From: an uncultured virus (IMG/VR IMGVR_UViG_3300042429_000720)
Taxonomy: Duplodnaviria; Heunggongvirae; Uroviricota; Caudoviricetes
Length of the DNA stretch: 64,000 nucleotides
Direction: 5' to 3' (one strand)
Virus record (IMG/VR): IMGVR_UViG_3300042429_000720
How positions within the stretch are numbered: position 1 is the stretch's first letter; the number at the start of each line of letters is the position of its first letter. The notes beneath the pieces were generated by a model, which saw only the letters and a program-made list of their open reading frames with translations, was not told the DNA's origin and ran no database searches. The translations under genes were made by a program, and so were the position numbers. Below, in pieces: positions 1-9,639 of this stretch.

Positions 1-480
1 CTACTCAAGGTATTCAAGGTGTACAAGGTACAACAGGTACTGCTACTCAAGGTATTCAAGGTGTACAAGGTACAACAGGTACTGCTACTCAAGGTATTCA
101 AGGTGTACAAGGTACAACAGGTACTGCTACTCAAGGTATTCAAGGTGTACAAGGTACAACAGGTACTGCCACCCAAGGTATTCAAGGTGTACAAGGAACA
201 ACAGGAACAGCAACTCAAGGTATTCAAGGTATTACCGGAACTGCCACTCAAGGTATTCAAGGAACAACTGGTACTGCCACACAAGGTATTCAAGGTACAA
301 CAGGAACTGCCACACAAGGTATTCAAGGTACAACTGGTACTGCTACTCAAGGTATTCAAGGCATAGAAGGTTCCCAAGGAATTCAAGGAACAACTGGTAC
401 TCAAGGAACAACAGGTACCCAAGGAACAACAGGTACTCAAGGTACGACAGGTACTCAAGGTGTACAGGGTATTCAAGGTC
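1..480 (+). repeat. Coding tandem repeats of 42-bp and 33-bp units (collagen G-X-Y)
   Basis: GTACTGCTACTCAAGGTATTCAAGGTGTACAAGGTACAACAG repeated in tandem, followed by 33-bp variants. Confidence 0.9.
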
Positions 481-1793
481 CGGGATTTTCAACTATATCA
501 GGAGCGGTTAACAACCGAGTTTTAACTTCAGACGGAACCTCTAATGCAGCAGTCGCAGAACCAGGGTTTACTTTTGACGGAGCAAAACTACTAGTAAGTG
601 CATCTTCAGCTGAAATACTTAGAGTAGTAGGATCAGGTTCAACTGCCAACACTACCATCTTTGCAGTAGACGGGAACAACGGAAGACTATTTGAGATAAG
701 CGACGATCTTTCAAACTCTTTATTCTCAGTAAACACAATTGCCGGCTTGCCGGTAATCGAAGCATTTGCTGATAATACAGTTAAGATTGGTAAGTTTAAT
801 CAGGAAAATATTATTGCGGCAGGTGACACTCAGATTAGCGGATCAGTTAGACTTGTCTCACTTCCCACAGCTGCAGATACCAACATAGTAGTATTCAATA
901 CCTCCACTAAGGTTATTGGGTACAATACTTCCTTAAGCTTGCAAGGTGTTCAAGGAATTCAAGGTACTACCGGTACTGCTACTCAAGGTATTCAAGGTAT
1001 CACCGGTACTCAAGGAATTCAAGGTATAGAAGGTACTCAAGGTATTCAAGGAACAACCGGTACAGCAACTCAAGGCATTCAAGGTATAACAGGAACTGCC
1101 ACTCAAGGTATTCAAGGTATAACAGGAACTGCCACTCAAGGTATTCAAGGTATAACAGGAACTGCCACTCAAGGTATTCAAGGTATAACAGGAACTGCCA
1201 CTCAAGGTATCCAAGGAACAACTGGTACTGCTACTCAAGGTATTCAAGGTATAACAGGAACTGCCACTCAAGGTATCCAAGGAACAACTGGTACTGCTAC
1301 TCAAGGTATTCAAGGTACTACCGGTTCTGCTACTCAAGGTATTCAAGGTATAACTGGTTCAACTGGCCCGGTAGCAGGTTCTGCTAACCAGGTAGTATAC
1401 AAGGACGGATCTAATAACCCAGCCGGTAGTGGTAACATGACCTTTGATGGGACTACGTTAACTGTTGCTGCACTATCAGAATCTTCTGCATTAAAATACA
1501 AGGAAAGTATTTTAGCTTTATCATCTTCTTTACAATCTCTGAAAAGCGTACAAGGTGTATCCTTTATGAGAAAAGGAGAAGATAGAAGACAGATCGGATT
1601 TATAGCAGAAGAAGTACACAAGACCTTCCCAGAACTAATACAGTACAAGGACGGAGAAGTAGACAGCGTCTACTACCAGCGTATGACAGCTGTCCTAGTA
1701 GAGGCAGTTAAGGAACTAAGTGAAAAAGTTGAACAGCAAGAACTAATGATTAGTAACCTTATTGCAAGAGTAACTAAATTAGAAGCTAAGTAG
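1..1793 (+). CDS. Collagen-like tail fibre protein with C-terminal intramolecular chaperone (peptidase S74-like); 5'-truncated by the window
   Basis: Frame 3 is open from position 3 through the 747..1793 track ORF. G-X-Y repeats (QGIQGTTGTAT). C-terminus SSALKYKESI...IGFIAEEV...VYYQRMTAVLVEAVKEL plus coiled coil is typical of S74 chaperones. Confidence 0.85.
   Translation, partial: TQGIQGVQGTTGTATQGIQGVQGTTGTATQGIQGVQGTTGTATQGIQGVQGTTGTATQGIQGVQGTTGTATQGIQGITGTATQGIQGTTGTATQGIQGTTGTATQGIQGTTGTATQGIQGIEGSQGIQGTTGTQGTTGTQGTTGTQGTTGTQGVQGIQGPGFSTISGAVNNRVLTSDGTSNAAVAEPGFTFDGAKLLVSASSAEILRVVGSGSTANTTIFAVDGNNGRLFEISDDLSNSLFSVNTIAGLPVIEAFADNTVKIGKFNQENIIAAGDTQISGSVRLVSLPTAADTNIVVFNTSTKVIGYNTSLSLQGVQGIQGTTGTATQGIQGITGTQGIQGIEGTQGIQGTTGTATQGIQGITGTATQGIQGITGTATQGIQGITGTATQGIQGITGTATQGIQGTTGTATQGIQGITGTATQGIQGTTGTATQGIQGTTGSATQGIQGITGSTGPVAGSANQVVYKDGSNNPAGSGNMTFDGTTLTVAALSESSALKYKESILALSSSLQSLKSVQGVSFMRKGEDRRQIGFIAEEVHKTFPELIQYKDGEVDSVYYQRMTAVLVEAVKELSEKVEQQELMISNLIARVTKLEAK
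942..1360 (+). repeat. Coding tandem repeat of 33-bp units (GTATQGIQGIT)
   Basis: Near-identical GGAACTGCCACTCAAGGTATTCAAGGTATAACA units. Confidence 0.9.
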
Positions 1794-1794
1794 T

Positions 1795-2832
1795 ATGGCA
1801 ATTTTACAAGCATCCACAGTTAATAGTTTAAAGTTCGGAAGAGGTAATAGTGCTTTAGTATCTAATACCGCTTTCGGAGTTAACTCTTTAATTAGTATAT
1901 CTTCAGGAGCCTGCAATACAGGCTTTGGGTACAACACCCTAAACAACAAGTCCACAGGAGGATGCAATACTGCTTTTGGTGCTCAAGCTCTCGCTTCCTC
2001 TAATAACTCTAAAAATACCGGCATAGGTAGATTAGCAGGATTTAATGTCGGAGGATATGCCGGTGGAACTCATATCGGAGCTCAGGCTGGAAGATATGCT
2101 GATGAATGTACTGTAACTATTGGATTTCAGGCCGGCTACTATAGCGGAAACTATGCAGTTTCAGTAGGACACCGAGCAGGGGTCAGTCTATCCGGAGGTA
2201 GCGTAGCAGTAGGGTTTAATGCTAAAGAAAACGGAGGAGGAGGAGCCACTCTCACAGTACTATCTTCAAGAGCAGGACAGTACAACACTACAGGAGATCT
2301 CGCTACTCTAGTAGGATTCTACACGGGAAGATTTCTAGGAGGATCAAACTTTGATCTGCATGTAGGATGGTATGCCTACCAGCACAACGGGTACGGAGTA
2401 AGCTGTCAAAGCTCAATAGGAAGATATCAAAACAATATCTGTAACTGTATATATACCAGCTGGAATAACGTTTCAGACTGTAGAGATAAAACAAATATCC
2501 AGCCGTTAACTAATCTAGGACTTAACTTTATACGTAAACTTAACCCTATTAAGTACAAATGGGACAACAGAGAGAAGTACGTAAATCAATGCGGTTTCGA
2601 ATACGGAGTAAAAGATGGAACTTTAAAACAAGATAAAGTACACTATGGATTTTTAGCTCAAGAGTTAGACTTTGCAGCTAGGTCTGTAGGAGAAAAATTT
2701 GATGCTATCTCCCACGATACTTTCCGGGACCAGTATACGGTTAACTACCTGGATATGGTTGCGAGTCTTACCAAGGCTCTGCAAGAGATCAACAACGATT
2801 TAGATTTAATAGAAGCTCAACTGAACTCTTAA
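1795..2832 (+). CDS. Tail fibre/adhesin with NTAxG beta-roll repeats and S74 chaperone (paralog 1)
   Basis: NTAFG/NTGFG repeats; SDCRDKTNI...GFLAQE chaperone motif. Confidence 0.75.
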   Translation: MAILQASTVNSLKFGRGNSALVSNTAFGVNSLISISSGACNTGFGYNTLNNKSTGGCNTAFGAQALASSNNSKNTGIGRLAGFNVGGYAGGTHIGAQAGRYADECTVTIGFQAGYYSGNYAVSVGHRAGVSLSGGSVAVGFNAKENGGGGATLTVLSSRAGQYNTTGDLATLVGFYTGRFLGGSNFDLHVGWYAYQHNGYGVSCQSSIGRYQNNICNCIYTSWNNVSDCRDKTNIQPLTNLGLNFIRKLNPIKYKWDNREKYVNQCGFEYGVKDGTLKQDKVHYGFLAQELDFAARSVGEKFDAISHDTFRDQYTVNYLDMVASLTKALQEINNDLDLIEAQLNS

Positions 2833-2833
2833 T

Positions 2834-3874
2834 ATGGCTACATTTGCAAGTTTTGCTAACGCTAACTCAGTCTGCGCCTCAAGAGGCGGCGGTAACTGTA
2901 TAAGTAATACTGCTTTTGGATTTGAAGCTTTGAAAAACAACAGCACCGGGTACTGCAATACCGCTATTGGAAGACTAGCACTATACAATAACTCTACAGG
3001 TAACCGCAATACAGCTATTGGCTTTGCTGCACTAACAGCTAATTCATCCGGACTATGTAACACAGCCGTCGGAGCTTTTGCAGGGTACCTTATGACAAGC
3101 AGCAACCTAACAGCCGTTGGTTATATGGCTGCAAGAAACGCTGTAGGAGGCTCTAACACCATGGTCGGTGCTTTTGCAGGATGTAACGTAACCACAGGAG
3201 TTTCTAACGTATTAATAGGTGCACGTGCTGGATGCAACCTACAAGGAGGTTCTTGTAACGTAGGTATAGGCTTCGGCGCACTTGGATTATCTACCGGTAA
3301 TGGTAATGTAGCAATAGGTTGTAACGCACTTAACAACATATCTTCCGGAGGCTGTCACATCGGAATAGGATGGAGAGCTAATCTTTGTTCAACCTCAGTC
3401 AACTGTACTATAGGTGTAGGAGAAAATTCAAACCCTCGTAACTGTGTAGGACATACAGCCTGGGGGAGTAGTAGTCTAAACTATAACGGCGTAGCAGCAG
3501 CATGGACTAATGTATCGGACTGCAGAGATAAAACAAATATCGAAAACCTAGATAATAAATTAGGTTTAGATTTTATTCGTAATCTAGACACAGTCTCTTT
3601 TAACTGGGATTACAGGGATAGGTACGTCCAAAGATGCGGATTTGAATACGGTACAAAAGACGGTACTTTAACCAGTCCTAAAAAATCATACGGATTTATC
3701 GCCCAGCAAATGAAGCAACTCACAGACAGTCTTGGGACTACCTTCGAAGCACTTCGTTACAACGAAGAAAAAGATGGATACAGACTATCTTATGCTGATA
3801 TGATAGCACCTCTTGCAAAAGCTGTACAACAGACCGCTCAGAGATTAGAAACCTTAGAAGCACTAGCAGTATAA
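2834..3874 (+). CDS. Tail fibre/adhesin with NTAxG repeats and S74 chaperone (paralog 2)
   Basis: NTAIGxxAL repeats; SDCRDKTNI...GFIAQQ. Confidence 0.75.
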   Translation: MATFASFANANSVCASRGGGNCISNTAFGFEALKNNSTGYCNTAIGRLALYNNSTGNRNTAIGFAALTANSSGLCNTAVGAFAGYLMTSSNLTAVGYMAARNAVGGSNTMVGAFAGCNVTTGVSNVLIGARAGCNLQGGSCNVGIGFGALGLSTGNGNVAIGCNALNNISSGGCHIGIGWRANLCSTSVNCTIGVGENSNPRNCVGHTAWGSSSLNYNGVAAAWTNVSDCRDKTNIENLDNKLGLDFIRNLDTVSFNWDYRDRYVQRCGFEYGTKDGTLTSPKKSYGFIAQQMKQLTDSLGTTFEALRYNEEKDGYRLSYADMIAPLAKAVQQTAQRLETLEALAV

Positions 3875-3875
3875 T

Positions 3876-4904
3876 ATGGCATCTTTACAACAATCTACAG
3901 TTAATAGCTTCCGCTTTGGTAGAGCAGCAGGTAATCAATCTCAAACAGCCGCTTTTGGCCGATATGCCGGCAACAGTACCAACAACTACGCAACCCTGGC
4001 AGGATACCGATCAGGAATTAATAATACTAGTTATAGTGCTTTTGCAGGAGCAAGAGCCGGGGAATTTAACTACAACGTAAGTAATGTAGGTATAGGCTTC
4101 TGTGCTTTTAATGGATCAGGAAACCGCTACCAAAACACAGCCGTAGGACAGAGAGCACAGCGTGCTGCTACAAGCGGCCGTCATAACGTTGCTATAGGTT
4201 CATTTGCTTTTGATGGAGGTTCAACCAACGTACAGAGTATAGCTCTAGGGGTAAATGCCGGTAGATGTGCTAACGCCGATAATGCCCTATTCATTGGAGT
4301 AGATGCAGCATGTAACACCACAGGAACTGAAAATACCTTTATCGGATTTAGAGCAGGTAGATGCAACACAGGCGGTGTACAGAACACAGTAATAGGATTC
4401 TGTGCTGCTTATTCTTCAAACCTAAACAGAACTGTAGTAATTGGAACCAACACTTCTGTTTCAGCTAACTGTCACATGGTGTGGGGCGGTTCAAGCAATA
4501 ATGTCGATAACTGTGTATGGGGCGGCTGGTCATACTTCTCAGACGCTAGAGATAAGACGGATATTACTCCCTTAACCTGTAAGACAGGACTACAGTTTAT
4601 TAAGAAATTAAGACCGGTAAGCTTTAATTTCGATAACAGAGAAAACTATGTTCGTGAATGTAATTTTCCTTACGGACAAAAAGACGGTACATTAGCTGTT
4701 GCTAGAAAAGATTATGGATTCATTGCACAGGAAGTAAAACAGGCACTTGAAGAATTAGAGATTACAGACTTTTCAGGACTAGGCTACACTGAAAGTCAAG
4801 ATGCTTACCGTATCACCTATGCTGAATTTATAGCACCTTTAACTAAAGCTATTCAAGAACTTGATGAAAGAACACAAGCTCTTAAACTTAAAGTTGGAAT
4901 TTAA
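3876..4904 (+). CDS. Tail fibre/adhesin with NTAxG repeats and S74 chaperone (paralog 3)
   Basis: NTAVG/NTFIG repeats; SDARDKTDI...GFIAQEV. Confidence 0.75.
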   Translation: MASLQQSTVNSFRFGRAAGNQSQTAAFGRYAGNSTNNYATLAGYRSGINNTSYSAFAGARAGEFNYNVSNVGIGFCAFNGSGNRYQNTAVGQRAQRAATSGRHNVAIGSFAFDGGSTNVQSIALGVNAGRCANADNALFIGVDAACNTTGTENTFIGFRAGRCNTGGVQNTVIGFCAAYSSNLNRTVVIGTNTSVSANCHMVWGGSSNNVDNCVWGGWSYFSDARDKTDITPLTCKTGLQFIKKLRPVSFNFDNRENYVRECNFPYGQKDGTLAVARKDYGFIAQEVKQALEELEITDFSGLGYTESQDAYRITYAEFIAPLTKAIQELDERTQALKLKVGI

Positions 4905-4939
4905 CATTTAGTTTCATATATTAATTAAAAACAGATCGT

Positions 4940-5200
4940 ATGTCAGACCAAGTCACAACTGCTATAACCAATGCTCTAAGCGTAGCGACTCTGCTTAATA
5001 AGCTAGTTACAGGGGTAATTGATCCCTCTGATGATAGATTAAGCAGTTCAAATGTTTTTGAAAGAAAAACTTACGTTATTCGTAATGTAGGCCACCTTAA
5101 GAGACTTATGTCTCAGACATGGTTTACAAATGCCTTAACTATCGAACAGTTCACAACCCTCAACGACGCTATTGTAGCCGGAGAAGATTATATAGGATAA
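4940..5200 (+). CDS. Hypothetical protein
   Basis: 86-aa ORF in gene-dense context, downstream of a promoter-like motif. Confidence 0.6.
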   Translation: MSDQVTTAITNALSVATLLNKLVTGVIDPSDDRLSSSNVFERKTYVIRNVGHLKRLMSQTWFTNALTIEQFTTLNDAIVAGEDYIG

Positions 5201-5204
5201 TATT

Positions 5205-6026
5205 ATGGTAAAAAAAGTTATGTACAATAGCTCGATGCCTCGAGCCGGATCTACACTCATTCAAAACATTTTAGGACAGAACCCTGACCTATACGTTACT
5301 CCTACCTCAGGAGTATTTGACTTCTTATACAACGCACGAACCATCTACTCAACCAGTCCAGAAGTTAAAGCCCAGGATGCTGAAACTATGGAAAAAGCCT
5401 GGAAGGGTTACTGCAAAGGAGCGGTTCACGGATACTTTGAAGCTATTACCGACCGTCCATACGTAATGGATAAATGCAGAGGATGGTCAGGTGAATATAA
5501 CTTCCTCAAGTTCTTTGACGAAAATCCCAAGATTATCTCTATGATTAGAGATCCTAGAGCAGTTTATGCTTCTATGGAAAAGAAATACCGAGCAAATCCT
5601 CAGATTGAACACGGAATCTTAAACTGGGCAGATCTAACAGGCACTACAACCGACAAGAGAATAGTACACTGGTCTAATACAGTACCCATCGGACCGGTTA
5701 TGGACCGAATCTACCAATCCCTGCTAGAAGGTACTCACGAAAATGTACTTTTTATTAAGTTTGAAGACCTTACAACCAGCCCAGACCGTGAACTAAAAAG
5801 AATCTACGAGTACTTAGAGCTACCACACTACAAGCATGACTTTAATAACGTAGAACAGCTTACCTACGAAGATGACAAGGTATGGGGAGTGTTTGGAGAT
5901 CACAAAATTAAAAATAAAATAGAGCCGGTGAAAGAAGACTATAAGGAAATCTTAGGACCAACCGGCTGTCAGTTAATCACCGATAACTACCAATGGTTTT
6001 ATGATGCTTTCGAGTACAAAATCTAA
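5205..6026 (+). CDS. Sulfotransferase family protein
   Basis: PAPS-binding motif SSMPRAGSTL; IRDPRAVYAS; KFEDL. Confidence 0.85.
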   Translation: MVKKVMYNSSMPRAGSTLIQNILGQNPDLYVTPTSGVFDFLYNARTIYSTSPEVKAQDAETMEKAWKGYCKGAVHGYFEAITDRPYVMDKCRGWSGEYNFLKFFDENPKIISMIRDPRAVYASMEKKYRANPQIEHGILNWADLTGTTTDKRIVHWSNTVPIGPVMDRIYQSLLEGTHENVLFIKFEDLTTSPDRELKRIYEYLELPHYKHDFNNVEQLTYEDDKVWGVFGDHKIKNKIEPVKEDYKEILGPTGCQLITDNYQWFYDAFEYKI

Positions 6027-6063
6027 GAGAGTTTAACTATATTTATAAGATATAAACACTAAT

Positions 6064-6447
6064 ATGGCTTACCACCTACTTTCAAATCGTCCGGTTATCT
6101 ACGATGCCGTAACACAGGCAACTTCTTCGTTAGTATTAATTGCTAACCAGACTATCTACGTAGACCCCACCCACAACATGCCTGGTGACTCTTTCGTTAC
6201 CCTTAACGGTATAGTCTTTGTTAACTATACCTCTCAAAACCCGCTTGGTATCAACCAAACTCGTTTAGTACTTCCAGTCGACGAATGGAACACTTACTAC
6301 GAGTCATTGACTTACCCGGCCGGAATGACAGGTCAGTACGCCAAGCACGTTTACGCTCACCTAAACTACACCCTAGAGAACGTTCCTAATATGTTTGGAT
6401 TAGCAGTAGGTGACTGGACTCTAGTATCTACTTCAGGGAGTCTTTAA
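6064..6447 (+). CDS. Hypothetical protein (late-promoter motif upstream)
   Basis: 127-aa ORF preceded by TATTTATA at 6040. Confidence 0.6.
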   Translation: MAYHLLSNRPVIYDAVTQATSSLVLIANQTIYVDPTHNMPGDSFVTLNGIVFVNYTSQNPLGINQTRLVLPVDEWNTYYESLTYPAGMTGQYAKHVYAHLNYTLENVPNMFGLAVGDWTLVSTSGSL

Positions 6448-6483
6448 GTAATAGACAGCTTGCTGTCTTAAAATAGTTTTAAT

Positions 6484-7389
6484 ATGAAAGCAGGTTATCA
6501 AGGGAAGGATAAGTACCTGGTCTGGCACATTGAAGGCGGACTGGGTAAAAACATAGCAGCTACATCGCTGCTTTCCTCCATTAAACAGACATATCCCGAC
6601 CGTAAGATTATTTTGGTGGTTTCTTACCCGGAAATCTTCTTGAATTTCCCGGAAGTAGAGAGAGTATACCCGGTAGGCAACACTCCGTACTTCTATCAGA
6701 ATTATATCGAAGATAAAGATACATTAGTATTCCGCCATGAAGGATACTTCCAGAATGGACACATCCAGAAAGAGCAGCATATTATCAAAAGCTGGTGTGA
6801 ACTTCTAGGACTAGAATATACCGAACAAAAGCCGGTGCTTTTTCTGAACCTGGTACAGAAGAGATTTGCCAATGCCTGGAGACGAGAGAAACCAGTAATA
6901 GTGATTCAAACCGGAGGAGGTCCCTTAGAAGATCAGCAGGTTTATAGCTGGACTAGAGATATTCCGCCAGCTATCTCAAACCTACTGGTACAGCACTACT
7001 CCAAAGACTACCATGTAATTCAGATCTGTAGGAGTGAAAGAGAAGCTATTCCGGGTGCAGAAGCAATCTACCAGCCTCTATCAAACTTTGAACTGTTGAC
7101 AGTTCTAGCAGCTTCAGAAAAAAGAATCCTTATAGATTCATGCTTACAGCACGCTGCAGCTGCTTTCAATCTACCATCTACCGTGATGTGGGTAGGAACA
7201 TCTCCTAAAGTATTTGGATACGATCTACATACAAATATTCAAGCAAGCCCTCCTAAGTTTGCTCCTAAGCTAATTAATTCGTATCTTTTCGATTATTCTT
7301 TTGACGGAGCAGCTATTCAATGTCCTTACGAAAGTCCGGATGAGATTTTTAATATAGCTGATATTATTAAAGCAGTAGATGGAAATTAA
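6484..7389 (+). CDS. Glycosyltransferase, GT9 (heptosyltransferase)-like
   Basis: N-terminal GGLGK motif; C-terminal IDSCLQHAAAAFNLPSTVMW resembles the GT9 DSGxxHxAAA motif. Confidence 0.75.
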   Translation: MKAGYQGKDKYLVWHIEGGLGKNIAATSLLSSIKQTYPDRKIILVVSYPEIFLNFPEVERVYPVGNTPYFYQNYIEDKDTLVFRHEGYFQNGHIQKEQHIIKSWCELLGLEYTEQKPVLFLNLVQKRFANAWRREKPVIVIQTGGGPLEDQQVYSWTRDIPPAISNLLVQHYSKDYHVIQICRSEREAIPGAEAIYQPLSNFELLTVLAASEKRILIDSCLQHAAAAFNLPSTVMWVGTSPKVFGYDLHTNIQASPPKFAPKLINSYLFDYSFDGAAIQCPYESPDEIFNIADIIKAVDGN

Positions 7390-8365
7390 TTTTGTAAAAA
7401 GGGTTATTGAAGCAGGAGGAATAATCCGCCCTCTGCTTGTACCGGCCGAGTACACCGAAGGAACAGGACTATGCAACCCCTCAGTCTACATTGATGGAGA
7501 TAGGATTCTAGTGAACCTACGTCACGTACAGTACAACCTCTACCATAACGAAGGCCGTAAAGAGTTTCATAGCCGTTGGGGACCCATGACTTACATGCAT
7601 CCTGAAGACGACTTAAAGCTACGTACGATCAACTATCTATGCATTTTAGATCAAGAGCTCAACCTTGTTAAGGGCAGTAAAGTAGACACCTCCCGACTGG
7701 ATGTAACCCCGGTCTGGGATTTTATCGGGCTAGAAGATGCTAGAGTAGTAAGATGGGATAATAAACTCTACCTAATTGGTGTTCGAAGAGATACCAAGAC
7801 CAACGGAGAGGGTAGAATGGAATTTAGCGAAGTAGTAGAATACGAGGACGGAGTAAAGGAACTGTCCCGTACCCGAATCGAACCTCCTAGTGATCCGAAT
7901 TCATACTGCGAGAAGAACTGGATGCCGATCATTGACCAGCCTTTTAGGTTTGTAAAATGGAGCAATCCTACCGAAGTAGTAGAAGTAGATCTTGCAACAA
8001 AATCAAGCAAGATTATCCATCAGAGTCAAAACTACCTACAAGGTTACCGAGATTTTAGAGGAGGTTCTCAGGTCATTCCTTGGGAAGGCGGTTACATCAC
8101 TGTTACCCACGAAGTAGATATGTGGTATAACGAAGTAGGTAATAAAGACTGTCACTACTACCACCGGTTCTTGGTTTGGGATAAAGACTGGAATCTTGTT
8201 AAGATATCAAAAGAGTTTAAATACTTGACCGGTCACGTAGAATTTACCTGCGGGATTGCAGAATACCAGGGAGATATCCTCATTACTTTTGGATTTCAGG
8301 ATAATACTGCGTATATTTTAAAAACTCCTAAGAAAGTTATACAAGATTTTATAGATGGACAGTAA
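7379..8365 (+). CDS. Beta-propeller glycoside hydrolase/phosphorylase-like protein (GH130/GH43 clan-like)
   Basis: CNPSV, GLEDARVV, EKNWMP, RGGSQ, VEFTCG, ITFGFQD motifs. Confidence 0.65.
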   Translation: MEINFVKRVIEAGGIIRPLLVPAEYTEGTGLCNPSVYIDGDRILVNLRHVQYNLYHNEGRKEFHSRWGPMTYMHPEDDLKLRTINYLCILDQELNLVKGSKVDTSRLDVTPVWDFIGLEDARVVRWDNKLYLIGVRRDTKTNGEGRMEFSEVVEYEDGVKELSRTRIEPPSDPNSYCEKNWMPIIDQPFRFVKWSNPTEVVEVDLATKSSKIIHQSQNYLQGYRDFRGGSQVIPWEGGYITVTHEVDMWYNEVGNKDCHYYHRFLVWDKDWNLVKISKEFKYLTGHVEFTCGIAEYQGDILITFGFQDNTAYILKTPKKVIQDFIDGQ

Positions 8366-9602
8366 TTTACAAAAAGCGATTGAGACATTTATACAATCTC
8401 CAGGAGATCCAGGTGTAAATTTTCTTATCGGGTACGAATACGACATAAGAGGTCAGATTGCTGCCGCTCTATCCTTTTACTTACGAGTTGCTGAAACTAC
8501 AACCGATAAAGATCTGCAGTATGAATGCCTGCTTCGTAACTTCTTAAACATTAATAAGCAAAAAGAACGTAAGCATTCTGCCACCGGACAACTTCTGCAT
8601 GCTATTTCCGTTCGTCCGGACCGTCCGGAAGGTTACTTCCTCCTCAGCCGGTACTACGAACGTGAGCAAAAATGGCAGGAATGCTATACAACCGCCTGTA
8701 CCGGTCTGCAGTTTATCAAGCATGAGTATCGTTCACTAGTAACCGATGTAGAGTACCCGGCAGAGTACGCTCTCTATTTCCAAAAAGCAGTTTCGGCTTG
8801 GTGGATTGGTAAATGCGATGAATCAAGAGGTATGCTGCGCTGGATCATGGACAGTTACTACATGAGTGACTTATTCGCAAATGTTACTAGAGATAATATC
8901 ATTAAACTCAAAGGAGAGTTATTCCCAATCACCCCGTATACTAAAGAACAGCACCCGGAACTTAAATATAAATTCCCAGGATCTGAAAAGATTGAAAAGA
9001 ATTTTGCACAAGCCTACCAGGATATGTTTGTGCTAGCAGCACTGAAAGGTAAAAAGAACGGAACCTACCTGGAGATTGGATCAGGAGATCCTCACCACAA
9101 CAACAATACCGCTCTTCTGGAAGAATCCTACGGATGGAAAGGAGCATCAATTGATATTGATCAGGCAGTGACTGATAAGTTTAAAGCTGCTAGGAAAAAC
9201 CCGGTATACTGCCAGGATGCAGTAGCCACCGACTATAGAGACTTCCTACGCAAGATAGATCTAGGAAAGGATATTGATTTCCTACAGCTTGACTGCGACC
9301 CGGAGTACAATACCTACGCTATCCTAGAAGCTATACCGTTTGATGAGTATCGATTTGCAGTAATTACCTATGAGCATGATTACTACTACGACTCTACAAA
9401 AACCTATAGAGACAAGTCTAGAAAGTATCTGCAAGAGAAAGGATACGAACTTTTAGTAACTAACATTTCGGTAGATAAGAATAGTAGTTACGAGGATTGG
9501 TGGGTTCACCCACAGCTTATTGACCCTGAGACTATCGAATTAATGAAGAATACTTGCGATAAAACCAAGCAAGCTCAGGATTACATGCTAGGAAAACTCT
9601 AA
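8355..9602 (+). CDS. TPR-like N-terminus fused to FkbM-like SAM methyltransferase
   Basis: Helical repeats followed by AQAYQD, YLEIGS..NNT, IDFLQLDCD, ITYEHD, EDWWV. Confidence 0.7.
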   Translation: MDSNLQKAIETFIQSPGDPGVNFLIGYEYDIRGQIAAALSFYLRVAETTTDKDLQYECLLRNFLNINKQKERKHSATGQLLHAISVRPDRPEGYFLLSRYYEREQKWQECYTTACTGLQFIKHEYRSLVTDVEYPAEYALYFQKAVSAWWIGKCDESRGMLRWIMDSYYMSDLFANVTRDNIIKLKGELFPITPYTKEQHPELKYKFPGSEKIEKNFAQAYQDMFVLAALKGKKNGTYLEIGSGDPHHNNNTALLEESYGWKGASIDIDQAVTDKFKAARKNPVYCQDAVATDYRDFLRKIDLGKDIDFLQLDCDPEYNTYAILEAIPFDEYRFAVITYEHDYYYDSTKTYRDKSRKYLQEKGYELLVTNISVDKNSSYEDWWVHPQLIDPETIELMKNTCDKTKQAQDYMLGKL

Positions 9603-9639
9603 CACCTTAAGGCGCCGTCCTATTTATAAAGAAAAAAGA

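Noticed and set aside
1..480. Tandem 42-bp repeats as a CRISPR array
   Set aside because: No unique spacers; unit lengths are multiples of 3 and encode collagen-like protein
19..1346. Alternative-frame and antisense ORFs over collagen repeats (also 48083-50214)
   Set aside because: Artefacts of stop-free repetitive sequence
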